The notes below the pieces were generated by a model. That model saw only the letters and a program-made list of their open reading frames with translations, did no database searches and had not been told where the DNA came from. A DNA stretch of 64,000 nt, from assembly GCA_000165345.1 (NCBI GenBank), contig CM000433.1:544001-608000 (forward strand), given 5' to 3'. This document shows, in pieces, positions 15,888 through 26,358 of the stretch (position 1 is its first letter; the number at the start of each line of letters is the position of its first letter). The position numbers were made by a program, and so were the translations under genes.

Positions 15888-18341
15888 ATGGGGAGGATAA
15901 GGAAATTATCTGATGAAGTTATATCCCGAATTGCAGCTGGTGAGGTAGTTGTGAGCCCATCTCATGCACTGAAGGAGCTATTGGAAAATAGCTTGGATGC
16001 AGGTTCAAGGAATATTATATTACAATTAAGAAAAGGAGGAATTCAAAGTTTGCAGATATCAGATGACGGCTCTGGGATAGATAAGAATGACTTTCCAATG
16101 TTGTGTGAGAGGTTTGCTACTAGTAAATTAACAACAATGAAGGATATTCAATCTTTGAAAACTTTTGGATTTAGAGGGGAAGCATTATCAAGTATAAGTT
16201 TTGTATCTCAATTAAGTATAACGTCTAAGACAGAAATGTCAGATTGTGCATACAGAGCATCATTTTCAGATGGGAAGATGATTTCAGAATTGGAAGAGGT
16301 AGCTTCGGCAAAAAGAGGAACAATTGTCCAGATTAATGATCTATTTTATAACATGCCATCAAGGCAAAGAGCAATGGGTTCAGCTTCAGACGAATATGCT
16401 AGATGTTTGGACTTAGTTCAGAAGTATTGTATAGAGTTTCCTGAAGTATCTTTTAATGTGAGAAAATTTGGTCAAAATACGAATGATTTGAGGACAAATG
16501 GTGGAGTAAAAACGAGAAAGAATGTAATAGGTTTGCTATATGGCTCAAATGTGGTTAAAGAATTAATACAGTTTACAGTTTCAAGGGATTCAGAGAGACC
16601 AAGAGATTTAAATAAAGAAAAAAGTAATGAATTAAGTTTAAAAATTCCTGATTTTTCAGCAGAGCTGTATATTTCGGGATTGGGATATAATCCAAAGCAA
16701 AACACCCTGATTATATTTATTAATGGAAGGTTAGTAAAGAATAATGCAATCAAACAGGCAATAGAGACAGCTTATCAGTATACAAAGTCAAATTATTGGG
16801 CATTTGTATCAGTAAGAATACCTTCCGAAACAATAGATCCTAATATTCATCCAACAAAGAATTTGGTTTATATTAGCCACGAAACTTTAATTTCAGATGC
16901 AATACAAAGGAAAGTAATGTGTTCTCTTCAGGCTTCTAATTATTCAAGAAACATGGTCTTGGAAAGGAAACCAAGACTTGAACTTAAGGATTATTCTAGT
17001 TCTGGTGAGACAAAATCAAACTATATGGACTCCACAAAAAATGTAACAAGAGTCAGAACTGATTCAAAACAGCTAGTTTTGCAAGAGTATTCATCTAATA
17101 GTATATCGAAACATTCAAATATTTCTCTAATTACTATAGAAAGTAAACAAGATAATTCCAATGGTATTGCTAAGAATGTTCAATGTTCTTCAATTAAACC
17201 CAATGGAGGCGAAGAAAACTCAAAAGAAGAGGTGAAATTAAGTGAGAAAGATCACCAAAAACTTCAAAATGGAGATAATGAAGTACTAGAACATAGTTTT
17301 AACTTAAATAAAAGCTCTGAAGACCAAACAAATGAGAATTTTCGAACCAAATTGTATCACCCGTCAACCTCAGAGAATTCACTAAAAAATAAACAAATCT
17401 TTAGATTATTTGATATATCCAACTACGCTATGGATGCTCATGTACTAAGTTGGTCTCTGACTAATGATTCAATCCCATTAATCAAGGAAATGAAGAACTT
17501 TCAAACGAAAGTGAAACAAAAGTTTCTAACAGAAATTGAGATTATGAATGATAATACTGAAGCCTCCAAAATGGAGTACTTAAAAAGTCTAACAAAGAAT
17601 ATTATTAATGGGATTTATATTGGACAAATAAAATCTTCTTGGTCTATTATACAAGCAAAAAACCAAATTTTACTGATTAATATTGAACAAATGTCCAAAA
17701 TAGCCTTAAAACAATCACTTATTTGTAGACTTGGATATATCCCACTATTGAAATTGAACCCTCCAGTAAGCCTAGGAGAACTCTCACTATTTGGAACTGA
17801 AAGTGTTAAAAATTACAAATTAAATGAGAACGACCAGATTCAGCTCAAAGATTTTATTAATAGTCAAGCTTATTTGTATTTTGATATTCTAAAAGTGCTT
17901 GGGATAGATTTCGATTCTTCAAACAACTCTTTCTCAACACTTCCCCTATTTTTTGGGAATTTTGTTCCAAATATAGATTTTTTACCGGAATTATTTGAAC
18001 ACGTCATCTTTGCATGCTGGAATTTCCACATTGCGCATGCATGCAAACAAAAATTATTAAATACCGGTAGTGCACAAATTTTAAATCCACATTTTAATGA
18101 GGAAAACAACTGTTTATCAGATAAAATAAGTGAAGATTATATTATAAAATTATATGAGCTATTTATTGAATTGATTGAAATATTGGTGGATTATTACCTA
18201 TTTGGTATTGAAGATAATGAACTACTTTTTCAAGCTATAAGAAATAATAACAACTTGATCCTTGTTGAGGATCAGATTTCTCAGAACATTATTGAGCTCT
18301 CAAGTCTAGAGAAGTTATACCGAGTCTTTGAGAGATGTTAG
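15888..18341 (+). CDS. MLH1: DNA mismatch repair protein MLH1 (MutL homolog).
   Basis: N-terminal GHKL ATPase motifs are present (IRKLSDEVISRIAAGEVVVSPSHALKELLENSLDAGS; QISDDGSGI; CERFATSKL; FGFRGEALSSIS; CAYRASFSDGKM). There is a long N/S/K-rich linker. The protein ends in the MLH1-specific ...YRVFERC. Confidence 0.9.
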   Translation: MGRIRKLSDEVISRIAAGEVVVSPSHALKELLENSLDAGSRNIILQLRKGGIQSLQISDDGSGIDKNDFPMLCERFATSKLTTMKDIQSLKTFGFRGEALSSISFVSQLSITSKTEMSDCAYRASFSDGKMISELEEVASAKRGTIVQINDLFYNMPSRQRAMGSASDEYARCLDLVQKYCIEFPEVSFNVRKFGQNTNDLRTNGGVKTRKNVIGLLYGSNVVKELIQFTVSRDSERPRDLNKEKSNELSLKIPDFSAELYISGLGYNPKQNTLIIFINGRLVKNNAIKQAIETAYQYTKSNYWAFVSVRIPSETIDPNIHPTKNLVYISHETLISDAIQRKVMCSLQASNYSRNMVLERKPRLELKDYSSSGETKSNYMDSTKNVTRVRTDSKQLVLQEYSSNSISKHSNISLITIESKQDNSNGIAKNVQCSSIKPNGGEENSKEEVKLSEKDHQKLQNGDNEVLEHSFNLNKSSEDQTNENFRTKLYHPSTSENSLKNKQIFRLFDISNYAMDAHVLSWSLTNDSIPLIKEMKNFQTKVKQKFLTEIEIMNDNTEASKMEYLKSLTKNIINGIYIGQIKSSWSIIQAKNQILLINIEQMSKIALKQSLICRLGYIPLLKLNPPVSLGELSLFGTESVKNYKLNENDQIQLKDFINSQAYLYFDILKVLGIDFDSSNNSFSTLPLFFGNFVPNIDFLPELFEHVIFACWNFHIAHACKQKLLNTGSAQILNPHFNEENNCLSDKISEDYIIKLYELFIELIEILVDYYLFGIEDNELLFQAIRNNNNLILVEDQISQNIIELSSLEKLYRVFERC

Positions 18342-18480
18342 AGATTCGACAAAATTTAAATTTGGAAGCTAGGTAGTTTATTGACCTATAACAAATAACA
18401 AAGCTAAAATATGCTATTTATATTAATCAAAGCTTAGATTTAGACTAAGGCAAATATTAAATTCTTATTCCATATTAACT

Positions 18481-19593
18481 TCACTTTGGAATCTGGATTG
18501 TACTAAGATTACTATTATTTTTACTTGACAAGTACGAAAATGATGGATCTAAAAGCATGATATTCTGGTTGATATTATTAATTAGTGCCGGATGATATTG
18601 GTTACTTGGTTGGTTGTTAAAGTATAATGGTACATTATAATATGGCATATTTGCTAAATTAAAGTATGAATCTGGGTTTAACATTATCTTTGGTATTTCT
18701 GGCAAGAGTACTTGGGATAATGTAGGGGATGATGATGATGCGGTAGAAGACCATGATTGATTAAGATTTGTGCTTTTACTCTGACTCTGATGATTAAATT
18801 GTATTATTTGATGTATTAATGAAGTATCAAAACCTACATTCTCTACTTTACTTTGAGATGTAGTAGCCTTTTTCAAGTCATCGTTGCTCTCCTGTAGAAA
18901 ATCATTACTATTATCAAGAGCCACGACATTCTTCTCAGCACTTACTACTTCTTGTTTCTCAAAGATTTCTGTTGCTGCTGTTGCAAGCAAATATAGGTAA
19001 GAAGAAGAGGGTAGATGGTAGTCCTTATGGCTACTTTTCATATCTAAGTCTGAAAAGTTATTTTCAAATTTGAATACAAAATTTGGTGAAACCTCTGGAG
19101 ATACTGGGGAAGATGATGAGTCAATATTATTATAATGGCCTTTCAATGAGGAGTATTTGACACTAGAAATGGATGGAGGCGAATGATTTGCAGCATTATT
19201 GTTACTTGCTGTAACATTTCTTTCTATCAAATTTTCACTATATAGTTCATTCTTAAGCGAAGCAAGTCTTTTATTACTTGTTACTGATGGCGAGTTTTGC
19301 TCATTAATCGAAGATCCATTATAGCTTAAGCTCTTTCTACCTCTCTTATTTATAAGTTTCATCTTCCATGGGTCGCTAAAGTCAAAAGGTAGTTTATTAT
19401 TATTATTAATAAATTTGAATGCATCTCTTGCCATATTCCATGCATTCTCTTCCCCGTATTTGTTAAAGGAGTAGGACTTTTGGTGCCTCCCATTTTCCCC
19501 TGAAACACTGGAATTCTTTATTCTGTAGACTAACCGTACCTCATTCTTATTTACCGGTTTATATATTTGAATTGCTCGAGCTTCCATAAACAC
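18481..19593 (-). CDS. Putative ApiAP2-type DNA-binding protein, with a single N-terminal AP2-like domain followed by an S/N-rich low-complexity region.
   Basis: Residues ~15-60 (NKNEVRLVYRIKNSSVSGENGRHQKSYSFNKYGEENAWNMARDAFKF) fit the AP2 strand-strand-strand-helix pattern (GKxxKSFS.KKYG.EEA..LA). The remainder is low complexity. Confidence 0.5.
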   Translation of the reverse strand: MFMEARAIQIYKPVNKNEVRLVYRIKNSSVSGENGRHQKSYSFNKYGEENAWNMARDAFKFINNNNKLPFDFSDPWKMKLINKRGRKSLSYNGSSINEQNSPSVTSNKRLASLKNELYSENLIERNVTASNNNAANHSPPSISSVKYSSLKGHYNNIDSSSSPVSPEVSPNFVFKFENNFSDLDMKSSHKDYHLPSSSYLYLLATAATEIFEKQEVVSAEKNVVALDNSNDFLQESNDDLKKATTSQSKVENVGFDTSLIHQIIQFNHQSQSKSTNLNQSWSSTASSSSPTLSQVLLPEIPKIMLNPDSYFNLANMPYYNVPLYFNNQPSNQYHPALINNINQNIMLLDPSFSYLSSKNNSNLSTIQIPK

Positions 19594-20325
19594 ACATTAC
19601 AAAACTAAATCTCTCCTTTTAATTCTAATTCTTTAAATATATTCATCAATATTTGCCTACTTTTTGTTTTCCTCTTGATGATTTTTTGCTAACTTAATTT
19701 TTTCTTTTTCAGAATGGTTAAAAGATCTTCTCACTTTGTTCTTTTTTACTTTTTAAATACTACCTGTCTAAGTATATTCAAAGTGGTAGAAGTTTTAAAT
19801 TCTTTATAGCCTCGTGGTGCAAAGAAAATAGAATGTGTGCATGCGTGCACAGTTCAGTCAGGCGGCTATTAAAGTCAGAATGGGACAGCAACAAATATTT
19901 GTTGAAAAATTTGTATACTAATTTTGCTGTCTATGGCAAGCTTTATAATTTTTTTAAAAGATCCCCTTTGACTCCGTTTAAAGCTTACAGGAAAATATTA
20001 TTTACTTATTTTTTTTATTGAAAAATATTTGATTTCCACTCCTTTCTCGTATTTTTTTCTCTTTCACCCATCTTACTCCCTAATTTTAGAAGTATTTTAG
20101 GAAATTAAATTACGCTTTCCTCACTGTCTCCAAAATTATACTAATTTTACATTAATATTAATTATGTGTGCATGCATTTGCACACATTTTAGGAATAATT
20201 ATAATATAAAGTAAAAACGTGGAAACTGAAATAAATCTAAATTGCAAATATTTACTCTTAAAATGTATTACTGGAAACTAATTAAACACCCAATAAACAT
20301 TTTTTGTTTTTTTAAAATATATATT

Positions 20326-21036
20326 TTATTTAATTTTATTAACATGCAAATTAATTTTATATGATATAAAAAACGTGGATAACATAATAACAATCAATAG
20401 AGCCTTTGAGAAATGGTGGAAGAGGAATTCAATAACATTTGCATTGCTCTGCTGAACCTTCTTCTCAATACACCTATTGACCTCTAGAATTCTTTCCTTA
20501 TTACATAATTTCTGATTCAGTTCTATTCCAATAAGTTTGGAATCTTTGTTGTCTTCTGAAAAACAACTCTTTATTGTTTTCCTGCAAAAATCCAAAAGGC
20601 TTTCATCCTGCGCGGCAGAACTGCATGCCTGCACTCTGGCGGGCTCCCCGCACTCCCCAAAAATTGTGCAGAGCTTCTCTGCACAATAGAATTCCCCGCT
20701 TTGGAGAGATGGGTGAGACTTTCCCATGTGTTGGTCATAGGTTTTTTCATCTTGAAATATTTCCCCACAAAATCCGCATTGTCTTTCTCCCGTTGGGTAA
20801 ACTATATTGATTTTTTCTTCATAGTTGAATATGTGGTGTTCTTGGTTGAAAGCACATTCAGGCAGTAAATGCTTTGAGATATCTTTTTTATCTTTTAGAA
20901 GTTTCCTTATTGCATGACTTACTCTTCTGGAGACTTGCCTTGAACAGTTGATATCACAGTATATTTGGGATATCTTTGTTAGAAAAAATAAAATAAGCGC
21001 CAAATGGAATGTTTTAGTATGAGCCATTCTTTCCAA
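20326..21036 (-). CDS. Small secreted or type-I membrane protein with a C2H2-like zinc-binding motif. Function unknown.
   Basis: Has an N-terminal signal peptide (MAHTKTFHLALILFFLTKISQIYC) and a CGFCGEIFQDEKTYDQHMGKSH motif (C-x2-C...H-x5-H). It has further Cys residues and a C-terminal hydrophobic anchor (LLIVIMLSTFFI). Confidence 0.4.
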   Translation of the reverse strand: MERMAHTKTFHLALILFFLTKISQIYCDINCSRQVSRRVSHAIRKLLKDKKDISKHLLPECAFNQEHHIFNYEEKINIVYPTGERQCGFCGEIFQDEKTYDQHMGKSHPSLQSGEFYCAEKLCTIFGECGEPARVQACSSAAQDESLLDFCRKTIKSCFSEDNKDSKLIGIELNQKLCNKERILEVNRCIEKKVQQSNANVIEFLFHHFSKALLIVIMLSTFFISYKINLHVNKIK

Positions 21037-21535
21037 TTTTTATTACTGCTATTGCCTGCTTTTTGAAGTATTTAAACGTAATTTGACTAGTTTGGACTGA
21101 CTAGCTATGCTTTGAATATTATTTATATATGCTCGTAATTAAATCGTTTTTTTTCTTCATATACACCACATTAATATTTTACACAATTAGAGTACGTACG
21201 CACACACTTTCATAGAATTAAATTCACAATAAATATTCAAATAAATTTAAATGCAATAAAGTATAATTATCTATTTCATCAGCATTCCTCTAAATACATA
21301 GAATTATCTGTTTAATTTGGTAAATAGCATTTACAATTCCTTTTAAAAAGAAAATAGTCTGAATTTAAGTCTCTTTTCGATCCTAGAATCTCAAAAAAAT
21401 ATTTCTGTATTGTATATTAAAATTTATTATAAATATTAAAGCCAATGGGATTCGAACCCAGCTGCGCTTTTGCCGTTTCTTTTTTCTGCTCCCTATTACA
21501 ATAAACATGTAATAATAGTTCAAATTACATGCAGC

Positions 21536-21560
21536 CGGCGGGCGCAAATTGGCGGGAACT
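21536..21560. promoter_or_regulatory. Tandem E2F-like sites CGGCGGGCGCAAATTGGCGGGAACTG in the divergent promoter between the 20326-21036(-) gene and ALG5(+).
   Basis: Two GGCGGG cores 11 nt apart, sitting in an otherwise AT-rich spacer. Confidence 0.5.
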
Positions 21561-21971
21561 GTCTCAAATTTTTATATTATTCAGGTTCGAGCAAGGATTA
21601 GGGAAAGAAAGTGAAAGGAAAGAAGAAAAGGAGGAGATTACACTTTAGACAATTTGGATTAGTTTGAAGAGTAGTTTGCTTATGAGAGGAATTGAGAGAT
21701 TATAGACTGTGTGAGATTTTTCTTTTTTCAAAAACAATACAAATATTAAGTTTTAAGGTTTATTATTAAGTTTTAGTGGTGATTATAACTATTCAAAAGA
21801 AAACAGAATTGGCTAAATAAAGTTTTGACAGAAGATATTTAGGAAAAGTTGGTAGTAATTTGCAACTTTTGAGTACTGTAGTAGTAATTTTCCAAATAAA
21901 CAATTAAGCCAAGTCTTTATTCAATTAGTTAATAAGAACAGTTTACAATTATATTATTATGATGGCTGTAA

Positions 21972-23060
21972 ATGCATTTTAAAGGAGATATATGGAAAGT
22001 TATATTTAAGCACAGAATGCTATTTGTTTCTTTCCTAGTTCTGGGGTTGGCTTTAGTTACATATATATTGATAGGAAGTTATAAGATAAAGTCTGAACCA
22101 GATGATGACAAAGTTATTAGGCAGGTATTTTATAGTCAAAATTATGAAATTAGCAAAGAGGCAGATAAGGAAAGTTGGAATACTATTAGTGGAAATATAT
22201 TGAAGGATTCAGAATTGTATTTATCGATAGTAATTCCAGCTTTTAATGAAGAGGATCGAATTTTAAAGAATTTAAGCTCAATGGTCTATTATATGGAGAG
22301 TAGGAATAGAGAGGATCCAAAGTTTATATATGAAATAATCTTGGTGAATGATGGTGGAAGTGATGATACCTTGAAAATTTGTGAGGATTTTTGGAGACAA
22401 AAAATCCAAAATAAAGAAATAATTGGAGGCAGAATGCGTTTATTATCTAGTCTTGTAAACAAAGGAAAAGGATTTGCTGTCAAAATTGGGGTTATGGCAA
22501 GCCTCGGGAAATATATATTAATGGCAGATGCAGATGGAGCAACTAAAATTGATTGCTTCTCTAAAATGGAGGACATCATTTTAAGTAAAGACGAACAACA
22601 ACAGATTATTTTTGGGTCTAGAAATATAAATGCTTTATCGGAAGACAACGTTTCTAATATTGAGAGAGCTTGGTATCGTCAGATTTTGAATACAGCTTTC
22701 CATAAGATTATGAAAGTTATTATCAATACAAATTTAAATGATACTCAATGTGGGTTTAAGCTCTTCTCAAGGAGATTAGCCAGAGTAATCTTCCCTTCCT
22801 TGCATATTAAAAGATGGGCTTTTGATATTGAAATTGTAATCATTGCCCAAATTCTTAATCTTGAGATTCAACCAGTCAGTGTTGATTGGAAAGAAGTCCA
22901 AGGTTCGAAGTTGTCCGTATTTTCGGACTCCATTAAAATGCTCTTGGATATCCTAATCCTTAAATCATTTTATATTCTTCACATATGGAAAGTCAAAGAT
23001 CATAGTCTATTGGGTAGGCCCTGCGAAAAACCAGTACCTACTTATAGGAAAACCAGCTAA
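21972..23060 (+). CDS. ALG5: Dolichyl-phosphate beta-glucosyltransferase (ALG5, GT2 family).
   Basis: Has an N-terminal TM anchor, then LSIVIPAFNEEDRI, ILVNDGGSDDT, GKGFAVKIGVMASLGKYILMADADGATKI and DTQCGFKLFSRRLA. These are the GT2 DxD and Q/RxxRW-like motifs, arranged as in ALG5/DPM1-type enzymes. Confidence 0.85.
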   Translation: MHFKGDIWKVIFKHRMLFVSFLVLGLALVTYILIGSYKIKSEPDDDKVIRQVFYSQNYEISKEADKESWNTISGNILKDSELYLSIVIPAFNEEDRILKNLSSMVYYMESRNREDPKFIYEIILVNDGGSDDTLKICEDFWRQKIQNKEIIGGRMRLLSSLVNKGKGFAVKIGVMASLGKYILMADADGATKIDCFSKMEDIILSKDEQQQIIFGSRNINALSEDNVSNIERAWYRQILNTAFHKIMKVIINTNLNDTQCGFKLFSRRLARVIFPSLHIKRWAFDIEIVIIAQILNLEIQPVSVDWKEVQGSKLSVFSDSIKMLLDILILKSFYILHIWKVKDHSLLGRPCEKPVPTYRKTS

Positions 23061-23273
23061 AACCCATCATTTTCAAGGAAGAAAACTAAATTAGAGACTC
23101 GTCAGCTCCATTACGCAATTTTGGGCCAAGAGAGACGTAGTAGAGAACAAAAATATATAACATCTAAAAATAAGTCCCTAAAGGGATATCAATTGAGAAA
23201 AGTTATGAAATAAAAGTATCAAAGTAATGAGTAGATTTGCGAAAATGGTGATCTGCTCCCACTAAAGATTCTA

Positions 23274-23440
23274 TTAAAATATACTCCTCAGGCCGTGGTT
23301 GTAACAAGGTATAAGATTTACGGCTTTGCCATTCTCTTCAATAAAAGCAAAAATTGCCTCTCTGACTTTGGCACTCATCATCGAAGATTTAGAACCGGGA
23401 GGATCAATCCAAGTGACTCCCTTGTTCTTGATAAAATTCT
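23274..23440 (-). CDS. Unlisted small ORF, possibly a terminal exon: ...ENFIKNKGVTWIDPPGSKSSMMSAKVREAIFAFIEENGKAVNLIPCYNHGLRSIF*. Identity unknown, and the 5' structure is unresolved.
   Basis: The frame is open on the minus strand from a TTTTAG acceptor-like site (complement of ~23441) to TAA (complement of 23274-23276). An in-frame ATG ATG lies at 23381. The peptide is non-repetitive and compositionally protein-like. A cluster of E2F-like sites lies 5' of it at 23598-23689, in what would otherwise be a 3'/3' convergent spacer. Confidence 0.3.
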
Positions 23441-23597
23441 CTAAAATAGCTTACGAGACAAACCATTCCTACCCAGTATATTGTCTCTTTATTATTTTGG
23501 TAATAATAATGAAAAACTCCAACATTTAATATTTGATTCTACTTGAATACTAGTATAGTCAATACAAGACAGCTATTAATAGTGGCAATTCAAACAA

Positions 23598-23689
23598 TTA
23601 GGCGCCCAAAATCGGGCGCCATTATACACAAGCCAAAGCAATATTAGTGGAGCACAAAGCGGTCTGTTCTAACAATTTTTGGCGGGAAC
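23598..23689. promoter_or_regulatory. Cluster of E2F-like sites: TTAGGCGCCCAAAATCGGGCGCC (23598-23620) and TTTTTGGCGGGAAC (23676-23689).
   Basis: Three GGCGCC/GGCGGG cores within 90 nt. They are positioned as a promoter for a minus-strand transcript covering 23274-23590. Confidence 0.45.
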
Positions 23690-24081
23690 TACATGCGAAA
23701 TGAGAATTTCATTTCTGCATGCAATTTTATGCTTTTTGAAAAAGGATTACAGTTTTAGCTAGCAATGACATATTGTCAATTTAAGTATCGTCCTAAATGG
23801 CTGTTATCTATGTTTTTTTAAATATTTTTTCAACTTTTCAATTCTAGGTGTAATTAGTTTTAAAATAGGAGTTGACCTTTGTAAAAAAAGTGAATATTCA
23901 AGCTTAGATTTGACAGAGAGAATTCCTTAAGACTTATGAAAAATCCCGATTTTTTCTTCTAATAATCTACCTTTCTATGTTTCTATCCCTCTACTTCAAT
24001 ATTGCGTGACCGAGACTATTCTTTGTTATTAAAAGAAAAGATGAGGCTATTGGCTGAAAAGAGAGCTGTTTGGCAAATTGG

Positions 24082-25719
24082 TCAACATTTTGAGGAAAGC
24101 TCTTTAATAATAGTAACTAAAGTCTTGACGCCAAAGCCATTACCAAAGGTTCCCATTCCAGAACAACCAGCAATATCAATGTGGGCATATTTCACATTCT
24201 TGTCTACAAACTCGCACAAAAAGGCAGCTGAGGTAGAAATTGGGGCCTTTCCTTCAGAAGTATTATTTAGGTCAGCAATTTCAGATTTGACCATTTCTTG
24301 AAATTCTGGGTCTAAAGGTAATTGCCAGAATTTCTCATAAACAGTTTTGCCGCATGTTTGAATCATCTGGAATAATTCGTCATTATTTCCAAGAACAGAA
24401 GCATATCTGCCCTCAAAAAGCCTATAGTTAGCCCCTGTCAATGTAGCTAAATCTATGACAGTCTCGACTTTGAGGTTGCAAGCATAGACAAGGGCATCAG
24501 CTAGAGTGAGTCTTCCCTCTGCGTCAGTATTACCAACTTCAATGGTTTTTCCATTAGAGGCAGTGATAATACACCCTGGTAAATAAGCATCCCTGGAGAC
24601 CAAATTATCACATATTGCTGAAATAAAATGAACTTCAATATTCTCTGGCTTAATTAGCCCAACTGAGAGAGCTGTGCCAAAAACAGCAGCAGCACCTCCC
24701 ATATCTCCCTTCATAAAATGAATCATTTGATGCTTAATATTGTATCCACCAGTATCCATAGTAATTCCCTTACCTACTAAGGCAATTCTCTTTTTAATCT
24801 CTCCCTTTGGTTTATAAGTAAGGTGGACAAATTGAGCTGGGGACTTGCTACCCTGTGCAACAGCTAGAAAAGCTCCCATCTTAAGTTCTTCACATTCTTT
24901 TGGTTGAAGAATCTTTCCTTCAAGCCCAACAGATTTTGCCATACTAATAACTTCTTTTGCCATATTGACTGGGTCACAATAATTTGGAGGAGCAGATGTA
25001 AGATCTCTTGCGAATAATAAACCCCTAGAAACAGATTGAGCATCCAGAACTCTACTATTACAGTCCTTTATAGTATCTTCTGACCTAAGAACAAAGTGAA
25101 TTCTTTCAATCTTCTTTGTTGGTTTCTTTGGCTCAGAGCCTACAATGTTTCCTTTAAATCTCTTTTCAATTGTGTTATCGATTGGAAACTGAGTACAGAA
25201 ATACATAATATCTGAAGATACCACATTATCAAAACCAAGAACAACTGTAAAACTTTGAATATTCTTATTTTTTTTCTGGAATTCATTCATTTGAGTTATC
25301 ATTTTATTGAAAAATACTGGACTTGTTTTCTTATTCTCACCAAATGATATTAACATCAAATACTTAAACGGGTATTTTGGAGGCAAATTCACATGAATTG
25401 TATTATTTTCATCTTTAAGAGATGATTCTTGATTTGCGGTTTCTATAATATCTTTAAGTATTCCATTTAAAATAGTGTCTAAAGATTCATAAAATGAAGG
25501 TATACTTTGCATAATATCTTTATTTGGAACGCATAATACGAGACAGTCCCCTTTTAAGCTTTCGTCATATTTATCTTTTAGGACTGAAAATTCAAATTTT
25601 AATGATTCATTAAATTCCGACATTGGAATGCATTCTGGATGTATTGGATTTACCATTTTCTCAATTTCTTCAATTCTTCTTGGCTCAAAAATAATCAATT
25701 TTGATGTAACTAAGTCCAA
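24082..25719 (-). CDS. Leucyl aminopeptidase, peptidase family M17.
   Basis: 545 aa. The C-terminal catalytic domain has the M17 signature NTDAEGRL plus VGKGITMDTGGYNIK and metal-ligand context. The N-terminal domain is less conserved. Confidence 0.9.
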   Translation of the reverse strand: MDLVTSKLIIFEPRRIEEIEKMVNPIHPECIPMSEFNESLKFEFSVLKDKYDESLKGDCLVLCVPNKDIMQSIPSFYESLDTILNGILKDIIETANQESSLKDENNTIHVNLPPKYPFKYLMLISFGENKKTSPVFFNKMITQMNEFQKKNKNIQSFTVVLGFDNVVSSDIMYFCTQFPIDNTIEKRFKGNIVGSEPKKPTKKIERIHFVLRSEDTIKDCNSRVLDAQSVSRGLLFARDLTSAPPNYCDPVNMAKEVISMAKSVGLEGKILQPKECEELKMGAFLAVAQGSKSPAQFVHLTYKPKGEIKKRIALVGKGITMDTGGYNIKHQMIHFMKGDMGGAAAVFGTALSVGLIKPENIEVHFISAICDNLVSRDAYLPGCIITASNGKTIEVGNTDAEGRLTLADALVYACNLKVETVIDLATLTGANYRLFEGRYASVLGNNDELFQMIQTCGKTVYEKFWQLPLDPEFQEMVKSEIADLNNTSEGKAPISTSAAFLCEFVDKNVKYAHIDIAGCSGMGTFGNGFGVKTLVTIIKELSSKC

Positions 25720-26358
25720 CCTTAACTCAGGAAACTATACAAAATTTTTATTGTCTATTAAATACAAAAATTTTAATCACACAAAAATTATTTTTTTTTT
25801 CAAACTTTTCCCACTACTGGCAATGTACCGGCATTTGCATACATTTTACCGGTATACAAAAAAATAAGAAAAATAATAATATATAACTAGCAGTTCTCGC
25901 CTAAAGTGAATAAAATAATTAATATAAAAATAAAGTAAAATCTAATACAAATAATATTTTGGCATAATTAGATTTACCGTTTGAATCTAATTTTTTTTTT
26001 TTGGTAAATTTAAGTCAAAGTTAGTATCTTCTAACTAATACTAGTTTTATTTGGTTCTTCTAATTATTCATATTTTCCTCTTTTTTTTATAATCATCGGT
26101 CTGTGACTTAGATATAAACTCAACTACAATTGAAATAAAAAACCAATAAGAAGAGTACTGATTAAAGTATATACAATATTTTATTATATCCAAGGGTTTT
26201 GAGTTGATCACTAGAAATTGGATTTAAAAGTATGTGGCCTTGGTGGCTTTTTTCTTCTTTTAAAGCAAATAATAATACTTAGTAAAAATTCGCAAGTCTA
26301 AACATAGCAAATCAATAATAATAAAAATACTTGATTTCTCAATGTAAATATTGAAAGG

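Noticed and set aside
21440-21480. tRNA-like T-arm (GGGTTCGAATCCC on the minus strand).
   Set aside because: There is no matching acceptor stem, D-arm or anticodon arm in the flanking 70 nt. The T-stem has a mismatch. This is a chance or relic fragment, not a tRNA gene.
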